Assembly: GCA_002433485.1 (NCBI GenBank)
Contig: DJIF01000130.1
Coordinates: 26,553 to 90,552, forward strand
Reading direction: 5' to 3'
Length of the DNA: 64,000 nt
Source: Deltaproteobacteria bacterium UBA6601
Lineage (GTDB): Bacteria; Myxococcota_A; UBA796; UBA9615
Part shown: piece after piece, positions 31,998-42,186 of the stretch
How the letters are laid out: every line of letters begins with the position of its first letter
Numbering within the stretch: position 1 is the stretch's first letter
The notes under the pieces: model-generated
Told to the model about the DNA's origin: nothing
Seen by the model: the letters and a program-made list of their open reading frames with translations, nothing else
Database searches by the model: none
Position numbers and translations under genes: made by a program

Positions 31998-33080
31998 TCA
32001 GCGAGTCCGAGGGCCCTGATGGAAGGACGACAGGCTGGAGATGGCCTTAAGGCGTGCTTCAGCGACCAGATTGCTGGCCTCGGCAGTGGTGATTCCGTGG
32101 TCGCGTGCTAGAGCGAAGATCTCGCTCAGCGTCTGGTAGATATTCTCGGCGTCCCTGAGGGCCTTCTCTCGGGGTGAATTGCTGAGCTCAGCACACACAT
32201 TGATCAGACCGCCGGCGTTGATCACATAGTCGGGCGCATAGAGGATCTCGCGTTCCCTGAGCATGGCGCCGTGGCGCTGCATATTCTCAAGCTGATTGTT
32301 GGAACCGCCGGCAACAATCGAGACCTTGAGTTGTGGGATTGTGCTGTCGTTGAGAATTGCACCCAGTGCACAGGGCGCAAAAACATCGGCCTCGACTCCG
32401 TAGATATCATCCGTTCCGACCACTTCGCAGTTGTGAGCTTCGGCCAGTTGCTGGAGGCGAGCCTCATCCACATCAGTAATGACCGTGCTCGCGCCCGCCT
32501 CGTGGAGGTACTGAACCAGATGGACGCCGACATTGCCGACGCCTTGGATGGCGACCTTGCGGCCTTTGATGTCAGGGCTCCCGTAGACTTCCTTGCAGGC
32601 GGCTCGGATCCCGTGAAAGACACCCCAGGCAGTGACCGGTGACGGGTCGCCGCTCCCGCCGGCGAACATGGATACCCCACACACATGTTCGGTTTCCATA
32701 CTGATGAAATCCATATCGGACACGGAGGTGCCGGAGTCTTCAGCAGTTATGTAACGTCCGCCGAGGCTGTTGACGAATTGGCCAAAGCTTCGCAGCAGCG
32801 CTTCGCTCTTATCCTGGCGAGGGTTGCCGATAATGACCGCCTTGCCGCCACCGAGGTTCAGGTTGGCGCAGGCTGCCTTGTAGGTCATCCCTCGAGAGAG
32901 TCGCAACACATCTCGCAGAGCATCTGCTTCGGAAGGGTATGGATAAAAGCGGCACCCACCCAGCGCTGGGCCAAGGGTCGTGTCGTGAATGGCAATGATG
33001 GCCTTCAGCCCGGATGCATCATCGCGGCAGAACACCACTTGTTCGTGGTCATAGTTCTCAGCATGCGAGAAAACCGGCAT
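31998..33080 (-). CDS. Glu/Leu/Phe/Val dehydrogenase family, leucine-dehydrogenase-like
   Basis: Start MPVFSHAENY (codon arithmetic from track; GGAAGGAGA RBS). Catalytic Lys region GGGKAVI. NAD-binding GVGNVG. Confidence 0.8.
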   Translation of the reverse strand: MPVFSHAENYDHEQVVFCRDDASGLKAIIAIHDTTLGPALGGCRFYPYPSEADALRDVLRLSRGMTYKAACANLNLGGGKAVIIGNPRQDKSEALLRSFGQFVNSLGGRYITAEDSGTSVSDMDFISMETEHVCGVSMFAGGSGDPSPVTAWGVFHGIRAACKEVYGSPDIKGRKVAIQGVGNVGVHLVQYLHEAGASTVITDVDEARLQQLAEAHNCEVVGTDDIYGVEADVFAPCALGAILNDSTIPQLKVSIVAGGSNNQLENMQRHGAMLREREILYAPDYVINAGGLINVCAELSNSPREKALRDAENIYQTLSEIFALARDHGITTAEASNLVAEARLKAISSLSSFHQGPRTR

Positions 33081-33231
33081 CTGCTTTTCTCCTTCCTCTG
33101 ACTGTCCTAAGTCTGACTCGGGTAGAGCAAAGGACCCTATCCCCACCCCCAGTTCCGGTCAAGCTCTCCGCCCCCCCCTGCGCACCTGCCTCCCTTGAGG
33201 TCCGCGACCGACGGCCGTACCATCTCGCTCG
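33081..33231. promoter_or_regulatory. divergent intergenic region between leucine-DH-like gene (-) and slt (+), containing a C8 homopolymer (about 33171-33178)
   Basis: 150-nt gap. Direct repeat tctgact x2 and poly-C tract read from sequence. Confidence 0.3.
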
Positions 33232-36021
33232 ATGCCTAAATCGCGCCGTTGGAAGAGTCCCAATGTTTTGTTGGTGTTGTTCTGCGCAGTGGGGTCGTGG
33301 CTACTGACCCCTCCGCCAGCTATGGCGGAAGACCAGGGGCTGGGAGGTGCTGCGGATGCCAAGCTGAGTAATGGGCCCGGCTTTCCTGGTTCTCATGAGA
33401 GCCCGGGTCAGTATCTCGAGCGGGCAGTGGATAGCTTCACAACGGGTGATTACCGTCGTGCTCTCCACCTGCTTCGAGAGGCGCTTAAGCGGGGCCGGCT
33501 GAGCGCTGCAGAGCGGCATCGAGCCCAGTTCTTGCGAGGCTGGATCAACGATCGCCTTGGTCACTTTCAGCAGGCCAGCGCTGCCTTCTTCCAGGTCCGC
33601 AAACTAGAGGCGCATCCGCTGCGCGAGCTCGCTGCTTTCTATGAGGCGCGCGCTGATTTACGAAGAGGGAAGCTGCGCACCGCGATCTCGGAGTGTGACC
33701 GCTATCTGCGTGAGTTTGTTGATGGTGAGATGGCTGACGAGTGCCGACTCATTCTGGCGGATGCGCACATGGGTCTTGGGGCGTATCGGCTGGCGATTGA
33801 ACGCTACCAACAATTTCTCGACGAGCATCCCGAAGATCAGCGCGGCGAGGAGCTGCGCCTTAAGATTGCCGAGTCGCTGGAGCGCGCCGGAGATCTGCAG
33901 GGAGCGCTGCGCGCCTTCCGGGCCCTCTATCTAAACCATCGATTGCCGACTACGTCGCTAGCCGCGGAGCAAGCGCTGCGGCGCCTTGAGGCAAGCGGGG
34001 TAGAGCTGCCCAAGTTGTCGGATCAAGAGCTCTATGTACGCGCCTGTGCGCTGCGCGATTCGGGTGAGGTCGAGAGCTCCTATGAACTCTATTGTGACCT
34101 TGAGAAGAGGCAGGCGGAAGGAACCGACCCAGAAGGTGCTCTGGCCAGGCGTCTGGCCGACGAGCGCCACACTTTTCTATGGCGCAACCGACGCTATGAA
34201 GAAGTCGGCGAATGGAATGCAGCCAAATATGAGGCTGAACCCAGCGAGCCAGCTGCAGCAGAACATCTGTATTGGGCAGTACAGGGGCTTAGCCGAGCTG
34301 GTCGCTTCGAGGAAGCAGTGCGCTACCAGGAGATCGGCCGCAAACGGTTCCCAAGTCATCGTCGCTTTCGCTCTTCTTACGAGCGCAGTGCGCTGTTGCA
34401 TGTCGGGGCCGGTAACTACCGGCAGGCGCGAGAGGCTTATCAGCGCTGGAGGGGTGCATCGAGTCGCGCGCGGCGTAGCTCGAAGGTACGCTTCTTCGTC
34501 GCATATTACGCCTATCGAGGCGGCTTGTTTGCGGTGGCCAAGGAGGAGCTAGAGGAACTCACTCGGCGGTCTTCTCGTTATCGAGTTGCTGCCCGTTATT
34601 ACCTGGGCCAAACCCTGCGCCGGTTGAAGCAGAGAGGCGCCGCCGAGGAGCAGTTTCAGGCCATTCTCAAGGACCATTCCGACAGCTGGTATGCGCTGGT
34701 TCTGCGGAGCCGCGAGCGTCGGCGCAGCGGACTGCAGCCCGATCTGAAACTCAGGGATGGGCGCTGGCCGGGGCTCAGATCTGGGCGTGAGCGACCTGCT
34801 CACGCGCCACTGCGAACGGGCTCGCTGCAGGGTGCGCTGAATCGACTTATTGACGCCGCTCGGCCAGGGCTGGCAGCGCCTCTTGACCCTGATGAAAGTC
34901 TGGGCGCGCCAAGGCGCGACACAGACGGCAGGCTGTTGGTGGCGCCAACATCGCCCTGGTCGAGCGCTTCTCTGTTGATGACCGATGGCCGGCCTGCAGC
35001 TTCGCAGCTGCCGCTGTTGCCCAACTCAGCCGACCTCGTCGCAGCAGACGATGTGGCGGGCCAGCCTCCGCCAACCTGGCAAGCATCGAGCCTGTGGGAT
35101 GGCGCACAGGGCAAGCAGCTGTGGCGTGATTTCGTGCGCGCCAATGAGCCTCACTGGGGCGGCCTTGCTACTGCTTATGAATTGAGCCGTGTGGGGCTGG
35201 GTGAATTGGCCGGTCCGTTGCTGTCCGAAATCTATAACGAGGTGCGCAAGGTTCGAAGGAAGCGGTCGATTAAGCGAAAAGTGAGCCGCTGGAAAGCATC
35301 AAACGGTCGCAGGGGTGGCCCAGAAGTAGCACGATGGGCGGCGATCCTGGAGCTCGGCCTGGATAATGGCGAGTGGCGTGATCTGTTCGCTGCAGCCGGT
35401 TACCCGGCCAGCGTGGCACACTTTGCTAACAAGGCCACTGAATATGGGAAGCTATCCAGAGCAGACCAGGATGGTCGAGCAGCTTGGACGCTTCTTTATC
35501 CGGCCGCCTTTGCTCCGCACGTGTGGCGGGCGGGCTGGGAGAACAACGTCGATCCGCTGCTGATGTTGTCGATTATGCGCGCCGAGAGTCTGTTTCGTCA
35601 CGACGCCGTATCCAGAGTCGGCGCCTTGGGACTGGTTCAGGTCATGCCGGCGACGGGCGCGCGGGTGGCGGCCCTCATGGGCAGAGACGATTTTCGGGTG
35701 GAGAAGTTGCTGTCGCCCGAGACCAACATTGGGGTCGGCACCTGGTACATGGGGCAGTTGTTGGATCGTTTTGCGGGCCAATACCCCCTTGCGGTCGGCG
35801 CTTACAATGGGGGGCCCCACAATATAGGTCGCTGGCTCCGCTCTAAGCAGGGCATCCCATTAGAAGAATTCATCGAAGAAATCGCCTTTGACGAGACTCG
35901 CAATTACATAAAAAAAGTGATGCGCTTCTACAGCATTTATGCGGACATATATGGGCAGGGAAGCGCAGTACAGATCCCCTCAGCCACGAGTCAGGACGAT
36001 GCCACTGTGATTAACTTCTAA
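33232..36021 (+). CDS. slt: soluble lytic murein transglycosylase (Slt70-like: signal peptide, long helical/TPR-like superhelix, C-terminal SLT domain)
   Basis: N-terminal signal peptide. C-terminal SLT catalytic region LLMLSIMRAESLFRHDAVSRVGALGLVQVMPATG…AYNGGP. Confidence 0.75.
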   Translation: MPKSRRWKSPNVLLVLFCAVGSWLLTPPPAMAEDQGLGGAADAKLSNGPGFPGSHESPGQYLERAVDSFTTGDYRRALHLLREALKRGRLSAAERHRAQFLRGWINDRLGHFQQASAAFFQVRKLEAHPLRELAAFYEARADLRRGKLRTAISECDRYLREFVDGEMADECRLILADAHMGLGAYRLAIERYQQFLDEHPEDQRGEELRLKIAESLERAGDLQGALRAFRALYLNHRLPTTSLAAEQALRRLEASGVELPKLSDQELYVRACALRDSGEVESSYELYCDLEKRQAEGTDPEGALARRLADERHTFLWRNRRYEEVGEWNAAKYEAEPSEPAAAEHLYWAVQGLSRAGRFEEAVRYQEIGRKRFPSHRRFRSSYERSALLHVGAGNYRQAREAYQRWRGASSRARRSSKVRFFVAYYAYRGGLFAVAKEELEELTRRSSRYRVAARYYLGQTLRRLKQRGAAEEQFQAILKDHSDSWYALVLRSRERRRSGLQPDLKLRDGRWPGLRSGRERPAHAPLRTGSLQGALNRLIDAARPGLAAPLDPDESLGAPRRDTDGRLLVAPTSPWSSASLLMTDGRPAASQLPLLPNSADLVAADDVAGQPPPTWQASSLWDGAQGKQLWRDFVRANEPHWGGLATAYELSRVGLGELAGPLLSEIYNEVRKVRRKRSIKRKVSRWKASNGRRGGPEVARWAAILELGLDNGEWRDLFAAAGYPASVAHFANKATEYGKLSRADQDGRAAWTLLYPAAFAPHVWRAGWENNVDPLLMLSIMRAESLFRHDAVSRVGALGLVQVMPATGARVAALMGRDDFRVEKLLSPETNIGVGTWYMGQLLDRFAGQYPLAVGAYNGGPHNIGRWLRSKQGIPLEEFIEEIAFDETRNYIKKVMRFYSIYADIYGQGSAVQIPSATSQDDATVINF

Positions 36022-36114
36022 GCAGACCCGGCAGCTGAGCCCAGCGAGTCTTTTGGCAAGCTCTGCTGTTCCTTGTCCGCATCACATGCGCCTGCTGTTA
36101 CCCTTGGCACCTTG

Positions 36115-37446
36115 ATGAAGCACCCTGCACTCAAGTTGCTGTCTCTGCTGTTGCTGACCGGATGGTTGGCTGGCCCTTCTGCCCCACTTGTGCTGGCCGA
36201 GGAGGAACAGCAACAGGACGATGGCAGAGCAGAGCCGATGGATAACGATGAGGCCGAGCCCGGCTCCGCTGAATCTCGCCGGGATTCGGCCTTAAGCCCT
36301 CCTATTTGGAGCGCCAGCAGCAATAACTTCACTCGGGCCCGCGGCAGCTCAGGCCCGCGCTTGTTCCCCCAACGGCTCGGCCCGATCGCAGCCCAGGAGC
36401 CTCCTGCGCCGATGAGCTCGCTGTCTGCCCAGGCCTGTAACGCTTGCCACGGTGAACTACACGACCAATGGCGTTCCTCCGGACACTCTACCGCCTCCAG
36501 TAATCCCGTGTATCTGGCAGCCCTCAAAGCCCTTGGTGATCCGCCAGAGTGTCAGGATTGCCACCTGCCGTTAGCAAACCAACGCCCTTACCTGCACCTT
36601 GGGCCTGGTTCCAGCGGACCGCGAAGTGAGAACCCCAGCTACAGCCCGACCCTCGCTCAGGAAGGAGTAACCTGCGCTGCCTGCCATATTCGGGACGGGG
36701 TCATCTACGGGCCTCGCGAACTCCACAGCTCGGCCGCTCCGCATCCGGTTGCACAAGCTGAGAGCCTGCGCGGCACCGAGGCCTGTTCCTACTGCCACCA
36801 GCTGGCCCTACAGGGAGCAGAGGAGCATCCATTCCTTGACACCGTTGGAGAGTGGCTCCGATCGCCCTGGGGGGAAGCTGAGATTCCCTGTCAGGAGTGC
36901 CACATGCCGCGAGTCTCTGGTCAGGTGGCTGGGGCGCGCTACGCCGCTTACTCATCGCACGGCTTTCTGCGGCAGCGCGACCCGCAGGCCTTACGCAGGG
37001 CACTGACCTTAGAAGTGGCTTTGCGCAGCCCTGAGCTGGAGCGGGGCAGTGAACTCCGGGCCAGCGCAACCCTGCTCAACACAGGAGCCGGGCATGCGGT
37101 CCCGACAGGCGATCCAAGTCACCGCCTGGAGCTTCGTTTTGAGTTGGTTGATGCCCAGGGCAACCGCGCTCGGGGGACCTCGATAGAGTCGCACTGGATG
37201 GGCCGTGAGGTGCAAAGCACCCCACCCTTTACCCAACTCTCGGACACTCGGCTACAAGCCGCCTCAAGCCGGGTCTTTGACTATCGGCAGAAGCTCTCTA
37301 CCGCTAGTAAAGCGGGGCGATTCACCCTGGTAGTGAGCGTGCACTGGTGGGCGGTGGCCCCTGAGCGCGCTAAAAAGCATGAGCTTGATGAGCAGCAGGT
37401 TCGGGTTCAGGTGCTTGAGCAAAGAATCCCGGTTCCGGTGTTCTGA
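36115..37446 (+). CDS. pentahaem c-type cytochrome (secreted)
   Basis: Start [28 protein letters not shown] (signal peptide) by codon arithmetic. Five CxxCH motifs (CNACH, CQDCH, CAACH, CSYCH, CQECH) and a C-terminal beta-rich domain with a GAGHAVPTG motif. Confidence 0.7.
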   Translation: MKHPALKLLSLLLLTGWLAGPSAPLVLAEEEQQQDDGRAEPMDNDEAEPGSAESRRDSALSPPIWSASSNNFTRARGSSGPRLFPQRLGPIAAQEPPAPMSSLSAQACNACHGELHDQWRSSGHSTASSNPVYLAALKALGDPPECQDCHLPLANQRPYLHLGPGSSGPRSENPSYSPTLAQEGVTCAACHIRDGVIYGPRELHSSAAPHPVAQAESLRGTEACSYCHQLALQGAEEHPFLDTVGEWLRSPWGEAEIPCQECHMPRVSGQVAGARYAAYSSHGFLRQRDPQALRRALTLEVALRSPELERGSELRASATLLNTGAGHAVPTGDPSHRLELRFELVDAQGNRARGTSIESHWMGREVQSTPPFTQLSDTRLQAASSRVFDYRQKLSTASKAGRFTLVVSVHWWAVAPERAKKHELDEQQVRVQVLEQRIPVPVF

Positions 37447-37514
37447 GCTTCCGGCCGTTGACCGCGCGGGCGCGCTCCGTTAAGAGATGCCGGCAACCCC
37501 TCTTGGAGGCATGG

Positions 37515-38264
37515 ATGGAACTCAGCGGAAACAAGGCCCTCGTCACCGGCGGATCCCGAGGAATCGGTCGCGGAATTGCGCTCGAACTGGCGCGACGCGG
37601 GGCCGACGTAGTGATTAATTACAACAGTAACTCTGCGGCAGCCGATGAGGTTGTTGCTGAGATCAAGGCGATGGGTCGTGAGGCGGCCGCTATTCAAGCC
37701 GATGTCTCTGATTTCGCCTCCGCCGGAGCCTTGGTGAAGGGCACTGTGGACGCACTGGGTGGGATGGACATCCTGGTCAACAACGCCGGAATCACCCGCG
37801 ACAAGTTGCTTATGGCCATGAAGCATGAGGACTGGAACGCCGTGATTCAGACCAACCTTGGCGGCTGCTATAACGTCACCCAGCAGGCCACTCGTTCGTT
37901 GTTACGTAACCGCGAAGGAGGTGCACGTGTCATTAATATCGCCTCGGTGTCCGGGCTGGTAGGCGTGCCCGGGCAGGCGAACTACAGTGCAGCGAAGGCT
38001 GGCATGATTGGCTTCACCAAGGCAGTCGCCAAGGAACTCGGTAAGCGCAAGATCCTGGTGAACTGTGTAGCTCCTGGCTTCATCCAAACCGACATGACCG
38101 ACGCGATGCCCAAGGCCATGCTCGATGAGATGCTGAAGATGGTTCCCTGTGGGCGTATGGGCACGGTCGACGAAGTCGCTCAGACGGTAGCCTTCCTGTG
38201 CAGCCCAGCTGCTGGCTACATTACCGGTCAGGTGTTCGTGGTGGACGGTGGCTTGACCATGTAG
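37515..38264 (+). CDS. fabG: 3-oxoacyl-[acyl-carrier-protein] reductase (SDR)
   Basis: Start [18 protein letters not shown] 6 nt after GGAGG. SDR catalytic S…YxxxK (NYSAAKAG) and NNAGITRD. Very FabG-like overall. Confidence 0.85.
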   Translation: MELSGNKALVTGGSRGIGRGIALELARRGADVVINYNSNSAAADEVVAEIKAMGREAAAIQADVSDFASAGALVKGTVDALGGMDILVNNAGITRDKLLMAMKHEDWNAVIQTNLGGCYNVTQQATRSLLRNREGGARVINIASVSGLVGVPGQANYSAAKAGMIGFTKAVAKELGKRKILVNCVAPGFIQTDMTDAMPKAMLDEMLKMVPCGRMGTVDEVAQTVAFLCSPAAGYITGQVFVVDGGLTM

Positions 38265-38282
38265 GCCGGAATCGCTGGCTCT

Positions 38283-40715
38283 TTAGCTGGTGGCCTCACC
38301 CTCGAGAGTGTTCAGCACCTCTCGTAGTCGCTTCAGCCCTGAGTCATCACCGCTTGCATACTTGATCCCCATGCCCTGGTCCTTGCCCTCGACGTCTTCA
38401 GCGTCGCGGCTGGACCAGACCACGGCTCCGCGGATCTCGATCGGCTCTTCAACACCAGGAATCGTGAGATGTAGGATGCAACTTCGCCCTACCTCTAGTG
38501 GCTTCTTGGTCTTGACAAAAGTGCCACCTCGTTTGAGGTTCCGCTGGTATTCCTTCACGAAGGTAGCGGTCTGTTTGTAAGAGATGCGCAGCCGCGCCGG
38601 CCGCTTCTTGGGCCGCGCCGGCTCTGGCGCTGGGGCCGCGGGCGCCTGTTCCTGCTCCAGTGGCGTCGAGTGCACAATGGCTGCTCCGGCAGCAACCCCG
38701 GAACTCTCCTCGGCCTTGGGCGCTATGCCAAAGGGGTCGAGATCGTCCAATCCATTGTTCGCCAGATCGAGGTCGTCACTGACGTTGAGCCCTGAGCCAA
38801 AGGGGGAGCTGCTTTCCTTGGGTGCGATGTCATAGATGTCCGCATGGGACAGCGTGGGGATCTCGGCGGTGTCCTCCATATTGGCGGCCAGCGCGCGTGC
38901 AGCAGCTTCTTCGTCACGCTCTGCCACCGCGTGTTCATCGGCAACCAGCGGTTCCGACGCTGGCACCTCAGCAGTCGGTTCCGGCGCTTTGGGTTCGCGC
39001 TCTGCAGCTTCCATTGCAGCCTTGGCTGCCGCTTCGTCACGCTCTGCCACGGCGTGCTCATCGGCCGAGCCGCGGCGCGCCATCTTGGCAAGTTTGCCGA
39101 GCAGACCGCTGCCTTCCGACTTGTCGTCTGATGGTGGTGGTGCGGAGCTTGCTGCCGAGGCCGGCTGGGGGCCGTCCCCTTCGGTCAGAGTGACGGCCTT
39201 GACATCGTCTTCCCGAACAAACTCGCGGATCGAAATCTCATGGCTCTCACCCGTGTCCCGGTCCATCGCGCTGACATGCAGGATGGCGTTCCCGTCGACC
39301 TTGAAGGTGACGTCAATCTTGGGCTCGTGACTGAGGGCTTCTCGAATCCCCTGCAGGGTAAACTCACCCAGAAACTCGTTGTCGTCAGCGATGTTACTTT
39401 CGCCCTGCCGGACGATCACCTGGACCTGCTCTTGATTGTCAACCACCGTAGTGAACGTACGTGTCTCCGAGCAAGGGACGGTGGTGTTGCGCTTGATGAT
39501 GGGCCGGCAGTAACCTCCGGCCACATCCATGCCTAGGCTGAACGGAGTGACGTCGAGCAGCAACGGAGCATCGCTGTCCTCCCCTCCCCCTTCACCCAGG
39601 AAGGAGCCGTGCACCGCCGCGCCGATGGCGACCACCTCTTCGGGGTGAACACCCTTGCAGGGATTCTTACCAAAGTAGACCCGAATGGTTTCCTGGATCT
39701 TCGGCATCCGAGTCATGCCACCAACCAGGATAATCTCATCGAGTTCTTCGGTCTTGATCCCAGCTTCACGAAGCGCTTCGTCAGTGATGCGAATGGTCTC
39801 GTTGACCAGATCCTGAACCAACTCCTCAAGTTGTTCTCGACGGAGCTCAACCTCAAGGTTCTTTGAACCCTGCAAGCGCGGAATAAGGACCGGCGTGCGG
39901 TCGACGAAGCTGAGCTCACACTTGGCCTTCTCGGCGGCGTCCTTGAGTCGCTGCAAGGCCCCAAGGTCTTCCCGTGGGTCCGCGCCGCCAGCCGCCATGA
40001 ATTGCTCAACCAGCCAATCTACGATGCGGTAGTCAAAGTCTTCGCCGCCCAGAAAGGTGTTGCCGGCCGTTGCTAGGATTTCGTAGACCCCCTCGGCGGC
40101 TTCGACTACCGAGACATCAAAGGTTCCACCGCCCAGGTCGAAGATCGCGATCTTTTTATCGATGTCCTTCTTAAAGCCGAATGCCAGAGCCGCTGCGGTC
40201 GGCTCGTTGATCAAGCGCAGGACATTGAGACCGGCCTTCTTGCCAGCCTCCATGGTGTCCTGCCGCTGCTGGTGGCTGAAGTTGGCAGGGACGGTGATGA
40301 CCGCATCAACAATGGTCTCGTTGAGGTTCTTCTCGGCGATCTCCTTGACCGCCTTGAGGATGATGGATGACACCTCTACCGGAGTCACCTCCACCTCACC
40401 CATCCGCAGGACTACATCCCCGTGGTCATCCGCCAGGATGTCGAAGCTCAGGTGCCTGGACGCCTCCTGGACTTCATCAGAGCTGAACTTCCGGCCGAGC
40501 AATCTCTTCACCGAATACAGGGTGTTCTTCGGGTGGTTGAGCACCAAGGCCTTGGCTCCGTGCCCAACCAGGAAACGACCCTTGCCGCTGGTCGCAACGC
40601 AGGACGGCAGGATGTTGTATCCCCGGTCGTCTTCCAGGACCTGAGGTCTGCCGTTGCGCACTACAGCTACACAGCTGTTGGTTGTGCCCAGGTCAATGCC
40701 GATGATGGCCGCCAC
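38283..40715 (-). CDS. Hsp70/DnaK-family ATPase with low-complexity linker and C-terminal PilZ-like domain
   Basis: Hsp70 NBD (IGIDLGTTNSCVAV, DLGGGTFD, ILVGGMTRMP) + SBD. Then an approximately 180-aa acidic/Ala-rich linker with an internal tandem repeat. Then an approximately 110-aa domain (RLRISYKQTATFVKEYQRNLKRGGTFVKT…GMGIKY) resembling PilZ-type c-di-GMP-binding domains. PilZ call is motif-level only. Confidence 0.8.
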   Translation of the reverse strand: MAAIIGIDLGTTNSCVAVVRNGRPQVLEDDRGYNILPSCVATSGKGRFLVGHGAKALVLNHPKNTLYSVKRLLGRKFSSDEVQEASRHLSFDILADDHGDVVLRMGEVEVTPVEVSSIILKAVKEIAEKNLNETIVDAVITVPANFSHQQRQDTMEAGKKAGLNVLRLINEPTAAALAFGFKKDIDKKIAIFDLGGGTFDVSVVEAAEGVYEILATAGNTFLGGEDFDYRIVDWLVEQFMAAGGADPREDLGALQRLKDAAEKAKCELSFVDRTPVLIPRLQGSKNLEVELRREQLEELVQDLVNETIRITDEALREAGIKTEELDEIILVGGMTRMPKIQETIRVYFGKNPCKGVHPEEVVAIGAAVHGSFLGEGGGEDSDAPLLLDVTPFSLGMDVAGGYCRPIIKRNTTVPCSETRTFTTVVDNQEQVQVIVRQGESNIADDNEFLGEFTLQGIREALSHEPKIDVTFKVDGNAILHVSAMDRDTGESHEISIREFVREDDVKAVTLTEGDGPQPASAASSAPPPSDDKSEGSGLLGKLAKMARRGSADEHAVAERDEAAAKAAMEAAEREPKAPEPTAEVPASEPLVADEHAVAERDEEAAARALAANMEDTAEIPTLSHADIYDIAPKESSSPFGSGLNVSDDLDLANNGLDDLDPFGIAPKAEESSGVAAGAAIVHSTPLEQEQAPAAPAPEPARPKKRPARLRISYKQTATFVKEYQRNLKRGGTFVKTKKPLEVGRSCILHLTIPGVEEPIEIRGAVVWSSRDAEDVEGKDQGMGIKYASGDDSGLKRLREVLNTLEGEATS
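38906..39064 (-). repeat. two copies of an approximately 34-nt direct repeat (approximately 125 nt apart) inside the DnaK-paralog linker
   Basis: cttcgtcacgctctgccaccgcgtgttcatcggc vs cttcgtcacgctctgccacggcgtgctcatcggc (2 mismatches). Encodes ADEHAVAERDE(A/E)AA on the minus strand. Confidence 0.6.
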
Positions 40716-40760
40716 GCTACTTCACCCTCTCCCCGCTATGGATTCGACCTGGCAAGTCTA

Positions 40761-42167
40761 TCAGTCTGCGTCGAACAGAGGGAGTTGAGGGGCCTTGTAG
40801 AGGTCTTCATGCTCCACCGGATAGCGCCCTGAGAAGCAAGCATCGCAATAGCCTGAGGAGCCATCATGGACCGCAGCATGCATCCCACCGATGCTTAGAT
40901 AGCCAATACTGTCGGCTCCAACGTAGCGTCCGATCTCGGAGATTTCGTTGCCCGAGGCGATCAGTTCACTCGGATTAGGCGTGTCGATGCCGTAAAAGCA
41001 CGAACCCTTGGTTGGTGGGGCGGCGATCCGCAGGTGGACCTCAGCCACCCGCGCGCGGCGCAGCATGCGAATGATCTTGCGACAGGTGGTGCCGCGCACC
41101 AGGCTGTCGTCGATCACGACCACCCGCTTGCCCCTGAGTAGATGACTGAGAGGGTTGAGTTTCAGCTTTACGCCGAAATCGCGAATCTGCTGGGTCGGCT
41201 CAATGAAGCTACGTCCTACGTAGTGATTTCGGACCAAGCCCAGCTGAAACGGAATTTCCGATTCAAGGGAGTAGCCCAGCGCGGCCGCAATCCCAGAGTC
41301 GGGGACCGGTAATACGTAGTCAGCCTCCGCCGGACACTCACGGGCCAGTTGGCGACCCAGACGCTGGCGGACCTCGTAGACGCCCTGACCCCACAGCGAG
41401 GTGTCTGGGCGCGCGAAGTAGAGGTGCTCAAAGATGCAGCGGTGGGTCTTCTGCCTGGGAAAGGGCTTAAAAGAAGCAACCCCGGAGCGGTCAAATACCA
41501 CTACCTCGCCCGGTTCAATGTCACGGACATAGCTGGCCTCCACCAGATCAAGGGCACACGTTTCTGACGCCACCAACCAGGCGCCTTCGGGATGTTGTCC
41601 CAACACCAGGGGGCGAAAGCCAAAGGGGTCGCGCGCGGCGATCATGTGCTCGGGAGTTATGACCAGCAACGTCCAGGCTCCCTTGATTCGGCTGAGCGCA
41701 TCGACCAGCCGATTGACTGTGCTGCTCTGGCGAGATCGAGCGAGCAGATGGACAATGATCTCAGTGTCCGTACTCGACTGAAAGATCGCACCCTCGGCTT
41801 CGAGTTGAGCGCGTAGGCTTTCGGCATTAACGAAGTTGCCGTTGTGAGCTACCGCTAGCCGGCTTCCTTTGTGTTGTACGAGAAGCGGCTGGACGCTGCT
41901 GAGGTCGCTCTCGCCTGCCGTGGAATAGCGAACATGGCCGATGGCGCGATCGCCCGGCAGGACCTGTAGGCTCTCGCGTCGCCCAAACACCTCCGCGACC
42001 AGACCCTGGCCACGATGGGCATACAGAGACCGCTCGTCGCTCGAGACGATCCCGGCACCCTCCTGACCGCGGTGCTGCAGGGCATGGAGTCCCAGATAGG
42101 CTAGAGTCGACGCCTCGGGGTGTTGCCAAACCCCGATCACCCCACACTCTTCACGAAATCGGTCCAT
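40761..42167 (-). CDS. purF: amidophosphoribosyltransferase
   Basis: N-terminal propeptide then CGVIGV (Ntn-hydrolase Cys), PRTase motif VVVIDDSLVRGTT, 4Fe-4S Cys ligands at C-terminus. Confidence 0.9.
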   Translation of the reverse strand: MDRFREECGVIGVWQHPEASTLAYLGLHALQHRGQEGAGIVSSDERSLYAHRGQGLVAEVFGRRESLQVLPGDRAIGHVRYSTAGESDLSSVQPLLVQHKGSRLAVAHNGNFVNAESLRAQLEAEGAIFQSSTDTEIIVHLLARSRQSSTVNRLVDALSRIKGAWTLLVITPEHMIAARDPFGFRPLVLGQHPEGAWLVASETCALDLVEASYVRDIEPGEVVVFDRSGVASFKPFPRQKTHRCIFEHLYFARPDTSLWGQGVYEVRQRLGRQLARECPAEADYVLPVPDSGIAAALGYSLESEIPFQLGLVRNHYVGRSFIEPTQQIRDFGVKLKLNPLSHLLRGKRVVVIDDSLVRGTTCRKIIRMLRRARVAEVHLRIAAPPTKGSCFYGIDTPNPSELIASGNEISEIGRYVGADSIGYLSIGGMHAAVHDGSSGYCDACFSGRYPVEHEDLYKAPQLPLFDAD

Positions 42168-42186
42168 TCCTGCGGCGCCGCTCAGA

